This document shows positions 22,684 through 31,783 of a stretch of 32,000 nucleotides of DNA, piece by piece. The stretch is taken from positions 120,001 to 152,000 of the forward strand of contig NC_013926.1 in the NCBI RefSeq assembly GCF_000025665.1, read 5' to 3'. Every line of letters begins with the position of its first letter. Position 1 is the stretch's first letter. The notes below the pieces were generated by a model that saw nothing but the letters and a program-made list of their open reading frames with translations, did no database searches and was not told the DNA's origin. Both the position numbers and the translations under genes were made by a program. Source of the DNA: Aciduliprofundum boonei T469. Lineage in GTDB: Archaea > Thermoplasmatota > Thermoplasmata > Thermoplasmatales > Aciduliprofundaceae.

Positions 22684-24618
22684 ATGAGAAGGGTGAAGTT
22701 TGGGTGGAAATTCTATCTTATGATAATAACCGCTCTTGCCATAGCAGTACGCTCAATTCCGTCTTGGATTTATTCTGCCTGGGGCACTGATTTTGGTATT
22801 TACTATTCTATCACCATAGAATTTCTCATAAAGAAAAATCCATTTTACGAGTACCCTGCAGTTTGGGGCTCATCTGGATATGGCTCTTTTCCTATGTTAT
22901 ACCTAATTATTTTAGGTGCTCATTTCTTAACTGGATTACCTCCTCAACAGCTTCTCCTAAAAATTCCACCCATAATTGGAGGATTAACCATTATTCCCCT
23001 CTATATGATTACCTACGAAATTACAAAAGACAGAAAAATTTCACTCATAGCATCGGCCCTTCTGGCCATAAATCCAATCCATGTATACCAAACTTCTATG
23101 CCATATCTTCTTACAGTTGGCCATTTCTTTCTACTTTTATCCCTTTACTTTTTCATCAAATGGATTAAAGAGAGAAAATACCTTGGCTTTCTCATAGCTT
23201 CATCAATAGCGCTTTTGCTATCCCATCATCTTTCAAACTATATGTACATAATATCCATAACAGGAATAAGTTTAATAGGTGGCTTATACAACTACATTCC
23301 AAAGAAAACTGTTAAAAGAGCTTTTGTATTCATCATTTCTTTCACCATTGGCACCATAACCTACTGGATCCTAAGAGTGCCCGGTATGAAATACTTTATG
23401 TCTTCTCCTTTTCATTACGCATTACCCTGGTACGGCACAGCTACCATAGGTACAATACTCCTCCTAATTTTATACAAAATAGCCATAACTTACAATCTAA
23501 ACCATTCGGATAAATTATGGAAAAAGATAAACTCTTTAAAAATAATTAATGTGTTCGCTTTATCTCTAGGATTGTCCATTACCGTGTTTTTGATACTTGC
23601 CTTGGTAGGATTGCATGGATACTACATTCCTCCAATAGCCATATTTTATTCAATCCCATTTATGCTAACTATAGGGTTCATAGGAGTTGGATTTGTGAAA
23701 TTAAAAAAGCATCCTGAATCATTTTACTTCGTTGGTAGCTGGCTTTTATCCATAATAGCGTCTCTCATTGTGGGTTTAATAACCTGGTCTTCTTTGGAGC
23801 CCTGGAGACATATAGAATACATGATGGAGCCCTTATCAATAATAGGTGCAATAGGCATTGCATCCATCCTGAATAGTGAGTTTTTCCATAAAATCAGTGT
23901 GAGAAAGAGAGTATCTGTATACTTTGAAGGTTTTTCATACACACCTCATAAAATATTTGGAGAAAATACTCTTGAAATATCCAACCCAATACCCATTGGT
24001 GGAGCAAAAGTGGTGGGTGATCCTATAACATACGAGGAAAAATATCCAATAGGTAAGGTGTTTAAGACCATATTCATATTCACCATAACCTTCATAGTGC
24101 TAATGAGTGGAATTTCAGCATTTCCATTCATGAACCATGTGGAAAGGTCAACACAGGAGGGCATATCTCCAGTTATAATGAGTGGCATAGAATGGCTCAA
24201 TGAGAATGGAAACAGGAACTATACAGTGGCAACAAATCATATGATAGGCACCATACTGGAAGCGTATGGATTTCCATCTAGCTTTGAATATGACTATGAA
24301 ATTTGGAACGCTACAAACTGGACAGATTGTATAGATGAACTACAGGGTTTGAACGGTACATATCCACCCATAGGTTATGTACTTATAACCAAGGACATGT
24401 ACGAAAATGGAGTGTTTGGTTATAACAACAGCCAGAATCCTCTACAACCACCTGTATTTATGGGTAAAGAGGGATACGAAAAATTCCATAGAGAGCCGTT
24501 TAAACTTATATACAGGAATGCCACAGCAGACAACTCAAACTGGGTTGAGATATATACCGTTGATTGGCATTACATAAACAACTACCTTCAATCTAAGAAA
24601 CAAGCGAAAAGCTCCTAA
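22684..24618 (+). CDS. Polytopic GT-C-fold-like membrane glycosyltransferase (PMT_2/ArnT-like) with a C-terminal soluble domain
   Basis: 644 aa. There are at least 12 hydrophobic helices over the first roughly 400 aa, an acidic residue in the first loop (AWGTDFGIYY) and a soluble tail of about 200 aa. No WWDxG motif was seen, so it is probably not AglB/STT3. The family call is by architecture only. Confidence 0.55.
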   Translation: MRRVKFGWKFYLMIITALAIAVRSIPSWIYSAWGTDFGIYYSITIEFLIKKNPFYEYPAVWGSSGYGSFPMLYLIILGAHFLTGLPPQQLLLKIPPIIGGLTIIPLYMITYEITKDRKISLIASALLAINPIHVYQTSMPYLLTVGHFFLLLSLYFFIKWIKERKYLGFLIASSIALLLSHHLSNYMYIISITGISLIGGLYNYIPKKTVKRAFVFIISFTIGTITYWILRVPGMKYFMSSPFHYALPWYGTATIGTILLLILYKIAITYNLNHSDKLWKKINSLKIINVFALSLGLSITVFLILALVGLHGYYIPPIAIFYSIPFMLTIGFIGVGFVKLKKHPESFYFVGSWLLSIIASLIVGLITWSSLEPWRHIEYMMEPLSIIGAIGIASILNSEFFHKISVRKRVSVYFEGFSYTPHKIFGENTLEISNPIPIGGAKVVGDPITYEEKYPIGKVFKTIFIFTITFIVLMSGISAFPFMNHVERSTQEGISPVIMSGIEWLNENGNRNYTVATNHMIGTILEAYGFPSSFEYDYEIWNATNWTDCIDELQGLNGTYPPIGYVLITKDMYENGVFGYNNSQNPLQPPVFMGKEGYEKFHREPFKLIYRNATADNSNWVEIYTVDWHYINNYLQSKKQAKSS

Positions 24619-24820
24619 TACTACATTCATATCGCATTTTATTATTTTATAAAGTATTATCATGGCTTCCCAATACATAACAGTACTAAGATGCTAGAAT
24701 TTATCTCCACTAATAAGATGAATAAAAACCATTGAAATTTAACATTCCCTTAGAGAATGTAAAGGATTTTTACAAAAAACTATCTATCTAAAATAAAAAT
24801 AATAAAAAGGTTAAAGAGGA

Positions 24821-27800
24821 TTACTCCTCCTTTGTTTCTTCTTCAGTTTCTTCTTCAACGGTCTCTTCCTTAGGTGCCTGAGATATCTTGTTCACTTTTG
24901 CAAGTACATAGGCAACGAGTATCAGTGTTATTATCACTAGTATCAGCACTCCAATGTTCCAGTAAATTGCTGTATTTATACCACTTGCAGTATTCGATGT
25001 AGAAGTCTTGATATTGCTTACATCGGTCTGCATTGTTCCAAGATCTGTCTGTATGGTTGCAACTCCGTTCTTTATGTCTGTAACTGTACCCTTGATATCA
25101 CCAAGGGTTGTCTGAATAGTAACAATGCTACCTTTGAGATCCTTTATGCCATTTGCATTGCTAACTACTGTTGCATTTATTGCATCAAGCTTCACATTCA
25201 CCGTTCCAATATCCGTCTGTATGGTTGCAACATCGCCCTGTAGCTTGGTTATCTTGGCATCCAAATTGTTCAAGGAGGTCTGTATATTGCCAATGTCTGT
25301 CTTTATCGTGGCTATGCCATTCTGAATGTCTGTTATCTTGGCATCCAAATTGTTCAAGGAGGTCTGTATATTGCCAATGTCTGTCTTTATCGTGGCTATG
25401 CCATTCTGAATGTCTGTTATCTTGGCATCCAAATTGTTCAAGGAGGTCTGTATATTGCCAATGTCTGTCTTTATCGTGGCTATGCCATTCTGAATGTCTG
25501 TTATATTTGCATTTAAATCACTTAACTTAGCATTAAGAGTTGAACCCATTGTCTTAATTTCTACTATTCCGTTCTCTACGCTTGTAAATCCATTATTAAT
25601 AGCATTCATTAGGTTATCTCTGCTTACATTCACCTCATGCCATACTCCATTGATAGCAGCCAATATTGTATCTAAGTTAGGACCTACATTACCCTGGGCT
25701 ATCACAGTAAGTTGAGCAGTAGCATATGGATGAGCAGAATATGCATTATAGAAATATGTCTGCCAAGTGTGGGTATAAGTATCATAATTAGTTATTGCCA
25801 ATGTATACGAATATGTAACCTCCAGAGTATACACTGCATTTACGTTAGGAACATTAGGCATTACAAAGCTAGCCATTATAGTACCATTTTCATCCCAATC
25901 AGCCCATCCTGCATAAGCAATATAACTATTTCCACTTGGATTTACAAGTTCAGCTTCAACTCTCACAGAGACTACTTGTACTATAGTTGGAGGCATAGTT
26001 GCATTTATATCCTCGTAAACCGCAGTAGCTGTTTCATTTATTACATTAGATACAACTACTACAGCCACTGAATATATATCTGGATTCTCAAACTCTATAG
26101 TTATCATAGGCACTGAAGTTATAGCATAGATAGTATAGTTATGGGTTGAAGAATCGTGCATAAGCCATACATAGGTGTAGTCGTGAGTATGTGATATATC
26201 GCCCCACATTGCATTTACCACAAAGCTTACTGATCCAGGAACACTTATAGAATAAGCTGATTGATCGATACTTGCTATCGTTAAATATGGCTCTGCCCAC
26301 ACTGTGTAATAAAGAGACTCCCTGTATGGGAAGGAACTTGGATAGTTGGAGACTACATAGGCCTCAATACCCATATTTCCATCTGCATAGCTATCATTGT
26401 AAATCAATACAAATTTGTAGTGAGCCTCTTTTGTAGCTCCAACCGGATACACATCGGTCCAGTAAGAGACAGATGTTGTGGTAGAATTAACCCATCCATA
26501 GAACTCTCCATTGAGGTAAACTACACCCCACACTGATCCATCAAAGTACATAGAGACATGATATGGTGGTACTCCCCCACTAATATTTAGCCACAGAGTG
26601 AATGAGTAACTATCATTTAACAAAGTTCTCAAAGGATGTGGTCCCAGTGTTTGGTTTCCGCGATAAGGGAGAGCATAAGAATAATGACTTGAACCTGTAA
26701 ATTCAACCTGCAACTTGCTAGGCGGTGTCACATATATAGTAACCTTGAATGGCCCTTTATACTGTGTGAAGGCATTAGATAATACATTTCCATCCAAGAC
26801 ATACCCCTGAGCAGGGCTCGGAGTCGAATAGACCACAACAAATGACATGTTGTAATAACGTTTACCGTCTGGAGCAGTATAGTAAACCAGATTAGACACT
26901 GTCCAATTACCATTAGAGTCAGGACCGCTTATTGTCTCATTAACATCATTTGTATATACATTACTTACCGTGCCATTAGGATTGAAATTCACTGAATATA
27001 GACCATCTCCTCCGCTTATATTCACATATATTGTTATCGGCAATCCAGCTGTAATCTTAGCAGGATATGGCTCAGACCAGATCACATAGGATATGGGTGG
27101 ATATGAAACCACATGTACTATACTTGTAGCCGTCTCGTGATTAGTTGCATTATATGCACTACCATAATTAACTGTAGCCTTAGCAGTGTAATCACCAGGC
27201 AGGATGTTACCACCATATACCTGAACAGGTAGAGCAGGAGTTGTACTTTCATTTATTTCAAATGGAGTTGTGTTATATATTATTGCACCGGGTGTTCCAT
27301 TAGTGAAAGTATACACATGATACCAAGTAGGCCAAGAACCAGTACCATTGTAAAATGTCACATTTATGGTAGCAGCACCGCTACTATTTAGCTGTATATT
27401 CCATATATCAATCACAAAGGATACATTACCCCCTATAGGCACATTTACGGATGCCGGTAGAAGTTGAATTGTGAGATTTGCACTTTTAACTATTATAGTA
27501 TATGTATTGCTATATACGATATTATTTGTATGATCAGTTACCTTGAAAACAAAGTGATATGTTCCTGGTGATGAATCATCGAATGTCCACACATAAAACG
27601 GAGTATCGCTTGGTAGAGCTGTGGTACCTGTAGCAACAACATAGTTAGTAGTGGCATTTATCAATTGCCATGTATACCCGGGTGTTCCACCAGTTATATT
27701 TGCATATAGATTTATACCTGCTGCTGCTTCTCCAGGAGTTACAACTTTAGGACTTGTGGTATTAAATATTACCCAAGCACCAGTAGAGTTCTGAGTCATA

Positions 27801-28909
27801 TTACCTAAATAAGCCTTTAGAGGACCTGGGAACACACGAAGCTGTCGAACTTTTTCAACACTATCTCCTAAGGAGTCATTTACATAGACCTTAATCTGAT
27901 AATTGCCAGGTACTTTGTAGGTATGATAGAACTTAAGTGGTGGATTATATACATATCCATATCCCCAATAGCTATGGTTGCCATCTCCCCACAGTACAGT
28001 TATATTATAAATACCTGTTCCGTTAATTGGCCAAACTTTCAAAGTCTCTTGCTTGTATGTAAATCCAGGATTTGGTGAAATTGTAACATTGGCATCAAGT
28101 GGTCCATAATTGGTATTCACATTAGAGTATGTTATAGTAATGCGATAGGTCCAGGTATACCAGTTTGTCGCGTTGTCCCATGCTCGTACGTATATTAGAT
28201 ACTCGCCAGGATTTGTATATGTATAATTAAAAGTCCCTGTAGGTGCGTAATAACCATAGAGGTGCCCCCAACCGTCACCGAAGTCCACATACATCTTATA
28301 ATATGTATGGTTATTAATGTAAAATGGAAATCCCCCTGTAATCTTATAAGAGAAGAACACTTTCTCTCCAACTGCAGGATTTTGAGTATCCACTGTAACA
28401 CTAACTTCTAATTTAGGATCCACATATACCTTCTTTGTAGTTGTAGCTGTATTTCCTACCCCATCTTTAACTGTAAGACTCACGATATGAACACCTGGCT
28501 GTTTAAAAATATGCACCGCAGATGTCCCTTGCACTATAGAACCATCATCAAATGTCCAAGTATAATGATAAGGCGGTACACCTCCAGTTACTCCTCCTGA
28601 GACTGTAAACATCGTAGGTTCACCCACCACAGGATAATGCGGGTCTGCCCATATGTTTCCTATTACTATACCGGGAGATTTTGTATATTCTTTGTTGATG
28701 GCATTAGGCAATGTAATGCCCACGGAGCCTTGTAGAAGGGCTGTATTATTTCCTAAATCCGTACTCACTTCCATAGCTCCACTAGATTTAACCTGTGAAG
28801 AAGTGTTAGTTTGTGCACTGGCATTCCCCGTCATTACTGAAAAACCACTAACTAGTACTAAGGATATCACTAAAACCGCTAACAATATTCTTTTCGTTTC
28901 TACTTTCAT
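24821..28909 (-). CDS. Giant (1362 aa) PKD/Ig-like-repeat surface protein with repeat stalk, C-terminal TM anchor and acidic cytoplasmic tail
   Basis: Signal peptide ...SGFSVMTGNASAQ. PKD signatures PPYHYTWTFDDGS...VSLTVKDGVGN, VDFGDGWG and VLWGDGNHS. A stalk of NGIATIKTDIG-type repeats. TM IGVLILVIITLILVAYVLA. Tail KEETVEEETEEETKEE. A strong SD-like sequence (AAGGAGGATGG) precedes the ATG. Confidence 0.9.
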   Translation of the reverse strand: MKVETKRILLAVLVISLVLVSGFSVMTGNASAQTNTSSQVKSSGAMEVSTDLGNNTALLQGSVGITLPNAINKEYTKSPGIVIGNIWADPHYPVVGEPTMFTVSGGVTGGVPPYHYTWTFDDGSIVQGTSAVHIFKQPGVHIVSLTVKDGVGNTATTTKKVYVDPKLEVSVTVDTQNPAVGEKVFFSYKITGGFPFYINNHTYYKMYVDFGDGWGHLYGYYAPTGTFNYTYTNPGEYLIYVRAWDNATNWYTWTYRITITYSNVNTNYGPLDANVTISPNPGFTYKQETLKVWPINGTGIYNITVLWGDGNHSYWGYGYVYNPPLKFYHTYKVPGNYQIKVYVNDSLGDSVEKVRQLRVFPGPLKAYLGNMTQNSTGAWVIFNTTSPKVVTPGEAAAGINLYANITGGTPGYTWQLINATTNYVVATGTTALPSDTPFYVWTFDDSSPGTYHFVFKVTDHTNNIVYSNTYTIIVKSANLTIQLLPASVNVPIGGNVSFVIDIWNIQLNSSGAATINVTFYNGTGSWPTWYHVYTFTNGTPGAIIYNTTPFEINESTTPALPVQVYGGNILPGDYTAKATVNYGSAYNATNHETATSIVHVVSYPPISYVIWSEPYPAKITAGLPITIYVNISGGDGLYSVNFNPNGTVSNVYTNDVNETISGPDSNGNWTVSNLVYYTAPDGKRYYNMSFVVVYSTPSPAQGYVLDGNVLSNAFTQYKGPFKVTIYVTPPSKLQVEFTGSSHYSYALPYRGNQTLGPHPLRTLLNDSYSFTLWLNISGGVPPYHVSMYFDGSVWGVVYLNGEFYGWVNSTTTSVSYWTDVYPVGATKEAHYKFVLIYNDSYADGNMGIEAYVVSNYPSSFPYRESLYYTVWAEPYLTIASIDQSAYSISVPGSVSFVVNAMWGDISHTHDYTYVWLMHDSSTHNYTIYAITSVPMITIEFENPDIYSVAVVVVSNVINETATAVYEDINATMPPTIVQVVSVRVEAELVNPSGNSYIAYAGWADWDENGTIMASFVMPNVPNVNAVYTLEVTYSYTLAITNYDTYTHTWQTYFYNAYSAHPYATAQLTVIAQGNVGPNLDTILAAINGVWHEVNVSRDNLMNAINNGFTSVENGIVEIKTMGSTLNAKLSDLNANITDIQNGIATIKTDIGNIQTSLNNLDAKITDIQNGIATIKTDIGNIQTSLNNLDAKITDIQNGIATIKTDIGNIQTSLNNLDAKITKLQGDVATIQTDIGTVNVKLDAINATVVSNANGIKDLKGSIVTIQTTLGDIKGTVTDIKNGVATIQTDLGTMQTDVSNIKTSTSNTASGINTAIYWNIGVLILVIITLILVAYVLAKVNKISQAPKEETVEEETEEETKEE
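25251..25502. repeat. In-frame 84-bp tandem repeat, three perfect copies (28-aa unit KITDIQNGIATIKTDIGNIQTSLNNLDA)
   Basis: Direct comparison shows units starting at 25251, 25335 and 25419 that are identical. Diverged copies of the same motif flank them from about 25010 to 25657. Confidence 0.97.
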
Positions 28910-29209
28910 TTTTCCATCCTCCTTATTTTTAACACTCCTCCTATTGGTTTATAGGGGAATGTCTTGACAGATAACCATATGAGATATTGCATATAAATGC
29001 TTTTCGGTTTAATCATCCAAAAAACTTAAATATTAAAAGATGAAAAATCGCAAGAAGAAATAGTAAAAAACCACTCCTCTTTGAAAGCCGACTATTGTTT
29101 GACATGTTGACAGACAAAATAAGGCTATATTTTTAAACAATATCAACATTTTAGCTGACAAGAACCAAATAAGAAAAACTTTTAAAGTTCCAAAGCATTG
29201 CGACTATTA

Positions 29210-29743
29210 ATGGAGCTTATAATTGCGATTATAGGTTTTCTGATGTCTATAGTGCCTTTAATTGTATTGCCTTTAAAGATTAGAGCGGGGAAAATACACT
29301 ATTTCTTACTTTACATCTTTCTCGTGCTTTTCTACCTTTCCTACATTGGCTATTCCATATGGCACTATGACATCTTTATAATGTTAATCTATATTTTCGA
29401 AATGCTATTCTTTCTGAACATGTATCGTGCATACTTGAAAAAAGAGTTCTTCTTCGTAGCACCTTTCATAGCATACTCAAGTGACCTTGCCATTATATTC
29501 TCATTCTATTTCATAACCTTCAACCTTGTGGAGATAGGAAAAAATGTTCTGGCTAAAAAGGGTACTTCACCCATAGTTTTATATTCCCTGATTTCCTTTG
29601 AATTAGCAGTTATCGCCCAACTTCTTACAATAATAAGCCAACATCAATACCTCAATATCATTATAACCTCGCTATTCTTGGCAGGCACTGCACTTTTCAT
29701 AATTCCAGGACTGAGGGTGGCTTATGAAAAAGAAAAGATCTAA
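29210..29743 (+). CDS. Small polytopic membrane protein (about 6 TM), unknown function
   Basis: Hydrophobic throughout. I prefer the ATG at 29210 to the track's TTG at 29198, because a TATA-like CTTTTAAAG lies at about 29179-29187. The 3' end overlaps the next gene by 20 nt. Confidence 0.65.
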   Translation: MELIIAIIGFLMSIVPLIVLPLKIRAGKIHYFLLYIFLVLFYLSYIGYSIWHYDIFIMLIYIFEMLFFLNMYRAYLKKEFFFVAPFIAYSSDLAIIFSFYFITFNLVEIGKNVLAKKGTSPIVLYSLISFELAVIAQLLTIISQHQYLNIIITSLFLAGTALFIIPGLRVAYEKEKI

Positions 29744-29999
29744 GAGCAGAGTTGTATTCGATGTATTATCCATAATTGCCCAAGAGGATAAATGCACAGT
29801 TTCAATCATATTACGCAGGGCTAATGTATCATACTCTGTTTTTAAGGAAATTGAAGAAAATCTAAAAAAGAAAAATTTAATTGAGGTAAAAACGAATGGA
29901 GGAAAGAGCATTTACAAAATCACAAAGGATGGTAAAGAATTCTTGAAAGAATGGCGTAAATTTAAAAGATTGATGGAGCTCTACGGGTTAGAGCCATAA
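29724..29999 (+). CDS. Small winged-helix DNA-binding protein (archaeal HTH_45-like family)
   Basis: 91 aa. SRVVFDVLSIIAQEDKCTVSIILRRANVSYSVFKEIEENLKKKNLIEVKTNGGKSIYKITKDGKEFLKEWRKF follows the helix-turn-helix-wing pattern of small archaeal wHTH regulators. Confidence 0.75.
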   Translation: MKKKRSKSRVVFDVLSIIAQEDKCTVSIILRRANVSYSVFKEIEENLKKKNLIEVKTNGGKSIYKITKDGKEFLKEWRKFKRLMELYGLEP

Positions 30000-30015
30000 A
30001 AAATAATGAAAATGT

Positions 30016-31062
30016 TTAAACCCCGTGGTACTCCCACAGGGATTTTTTGAATTTCTCGATTTCCTGTTCTAAGGAATTCAGGCGGTCCTTGTTCACCTCC
30101 ACACCTGCAATCTTCATTATGAAGAGCAATGATTTTAGATGATCCTCTGCGCTCAATCTCCAATCTTCAACCTTCTTGTATATTCTGGGCTTTGGTGCCC
30201 TTATAGTTCCAGCAGGCGTTTCTATCTCAGCTTCTATCTCTTCCTCAGGGAAGTACTTGGTAACATCTTGAACCTCACCTCTCGCGTATGCCATTATCTC
30301 TGACTTCACTTCTTTACTTATCCAGCCAATGTCCACATAGTAGTCCAAGAGCAATGTAATTTTGTCCCTTTTCACTCTTTCAAACAGGAACTCGATCCAG
30401 CGCATTAGGAGCACTATGGTGTAATAGTCCTTCTTGATATGCTTGAGTATCGGACCCTCACCTGGTTTCGGTAGCTCTGGTTCTTTCCTTCTCTCTTCCA
30501 CTGGGGCTGGATTCTCTTGTACATACTCCCTTTGCTTTTCCTTAGGCATTTCCCTTGGCTTCTCTTCTGGAATCTGCGTGCTTTCTTCAAACACTGAAGG
30601 TATTATCCCTGGCTCTTCCGGTGGTATGACGGTATCTGGAGTTATGGGCATCTCTCTCCTTTCGCCCATCTCTATGAATGGATTGATCTTCTGTGAAACT
30701 ACCTCGTAGATATCAAGGAGTCTCTTGATATTATCCTGCATCTCCTCGTTTACTTTCCTGATCTCGCTGATTTCATTTTCCAAAGAGCCAATCATTGAAT
30801 CGTGGCGCTCGATTTTTGCTTGAAACTCGTCTATCTTCCTTGAGATGTCATCGAGCTTCGTTGTAAGCTCATCTATATCCAAACCCTTGAGGGCTGTACC
30901 CAGCACCTTCTCAATTTCAGCATCGTTTATCCCTGCCTCGGAGATTTCAGGCACTGCCTCTGCAGGTATCTCTGGAATCTCTGGCTCCTCTACCTTCTTT
31001 GTCTTCTTTGCTTTTTTCGCTGGCTTCTTCTCTTTTTTCTTCTTTTTAAACAACCCTGCCAT
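30016..31062 (-). CDS. Archaellum accessory protein, FlaC-like coiled coil fused to a FlaD/E domain
   Basis: N-terminal Lys-rich tail, then a coiled coil ending in QKINPFIEM (FlaC-like). A Pro/Glu-rich linker follows. The C-terminal ILKHIKKDYYTIVLLMRWIEFLFERV...LLDYYVDIGWISKEVKSEIMAYARG is typical of FlaD/E. Confidence 0.85.
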   Translation of the reverse strand: MAGLFKKKKKEKKPAKKAKKTKKVEEPEIPEIPAEAVPEISEAGINDAEIEKVLGTALKGLDIDELTTKLDDISRKIDEFQAKIERHDSMIGSLENEISEIRKVNEEMQDNIKRLLDIYEVVSQKINPFIEMGERREMPITPDTVIPPEEPGIIPSVFEESTQIPEEKPREMPKEKQREYVQENPAPVEERRKEPELPKPGEGPILKHIKKDYYTIVLLMRWIEFLFERVKRDKITLLLDYYVDIGWISKEVKSEIMAYARGEVQDVTKYFPEEEIEAEIETPAGTIRAPKPRIYKKVEDWRLSAEDHLKSLLFIMKIAGVEVNKDRLNSLEQEIEKFKKSLWEYHGV

Positions 31063-31132
31063 TTTTTATCACCTCCAAGGTTCAAAGGTTTTCTGGTACC
31101 CTAGTACCCTAGTACAAAGAAAGTCAAAGAGT

Positions 31133-31783
31133 TCAGTAGAGGTCCACGTACTTAGTTGTCAAGGTTGCAGGCACCATGAATGCTGCATATGTGGGCACAC
31201 CATGCTTGGGTATTATCTGCAAGGTTACCTGAGACTGCGGAGTGAGGTTCAATCCTGCCGCAGTTGCATTTATTATCAGCATAACTATGTCTCCCTGAGT
31301 AACTACCCTCTGATTATCCCAATTCTGCGGTGGCATATCCCTTAGGATTTTAGCAGTAAAAGTAGTATTAGCCAGCCATTCACCAGTAGCTGCAAGTTTT
31401 ACTTGACCAGCAGTGGTAGTTATATCCACATTAGTATAGTTCAAGGTTACATCCTTTGTGCCATCAGTCAGTTCAATTAGCACATTTCTCATATCAATGG
31501 CAGGGCTTCCAGCTATCAGACCAACTTTGATCTGTATAATGCCTACTTTGGGTGCAGATGGTGTACTGTTATCAACTATACCACCAACATGTATTATCTT
31601 GAATCCAGTGGCAACATCCTGAATGGCTATGTTACCCGTCTCCTCAGCCTGCTGCTGCAGCTGGTACGCTGTTTGTATGAGCACCGTTGCGGCAACGGCA
31701 GCCACGATAATCATTGCTATGAAGATTATCAGGGTGCCGATGCCCATTTCGCCTTTTTCTTTCTTATTCCAAACCTTCTTCAT
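31133..31783 (-). CDS. flaB: Archaellin (archaeal flagellin) with class III signal peptide
   Basis: MKKVWNKKEKGEMG/IGTLIIFIAMIIVAAVAATVLI is the prepilin-peptidase-type signal plus hydrophobic N-terminal helix. GGTGAT lies 5 nt upstream of the ATG. Confidence 0.92.
   Translation of the reverse strand: MKKVWNKKEKGEMGIGTLIIFIAMIIVAAVAATVLIQTAYQLQQQAEETGNIAIQDVATGFKIIHVGGIVDNSTPSAPKVGIIQIKVGLIAGSPAIDMRNVLIELTDGTKDVTLNYTNVDITTTAGQVKLAATGEWLANTTFTAKILRDMPPQNWDNQRVVTQGDIVMLIINATAAGLNLTPQSQVTLQIIPKHGVPTYAAFMVPATLTTKYVDLY

Noticed and set aside
22684-24618. Calling the polytopic protein AglB/STT3 oligosaccharyltransferase
   Set aside because: No WWDxG motif or close variant appears anywhere in the 644-aa sequence. 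Only the generic GT-C-like architecture is supported.
25125-26071. Plus-strand ORFs, including one with a repeated CQCLSLSWLCHSECLLSWHPNCSRRSVY unit
   Set aside because: The repetition simply mirrors the 84-bp tandem repeat of the minus-strand PKD/stalk gene. There is no independent start context, and the ORFs are wholly antisense to a strong CDS.
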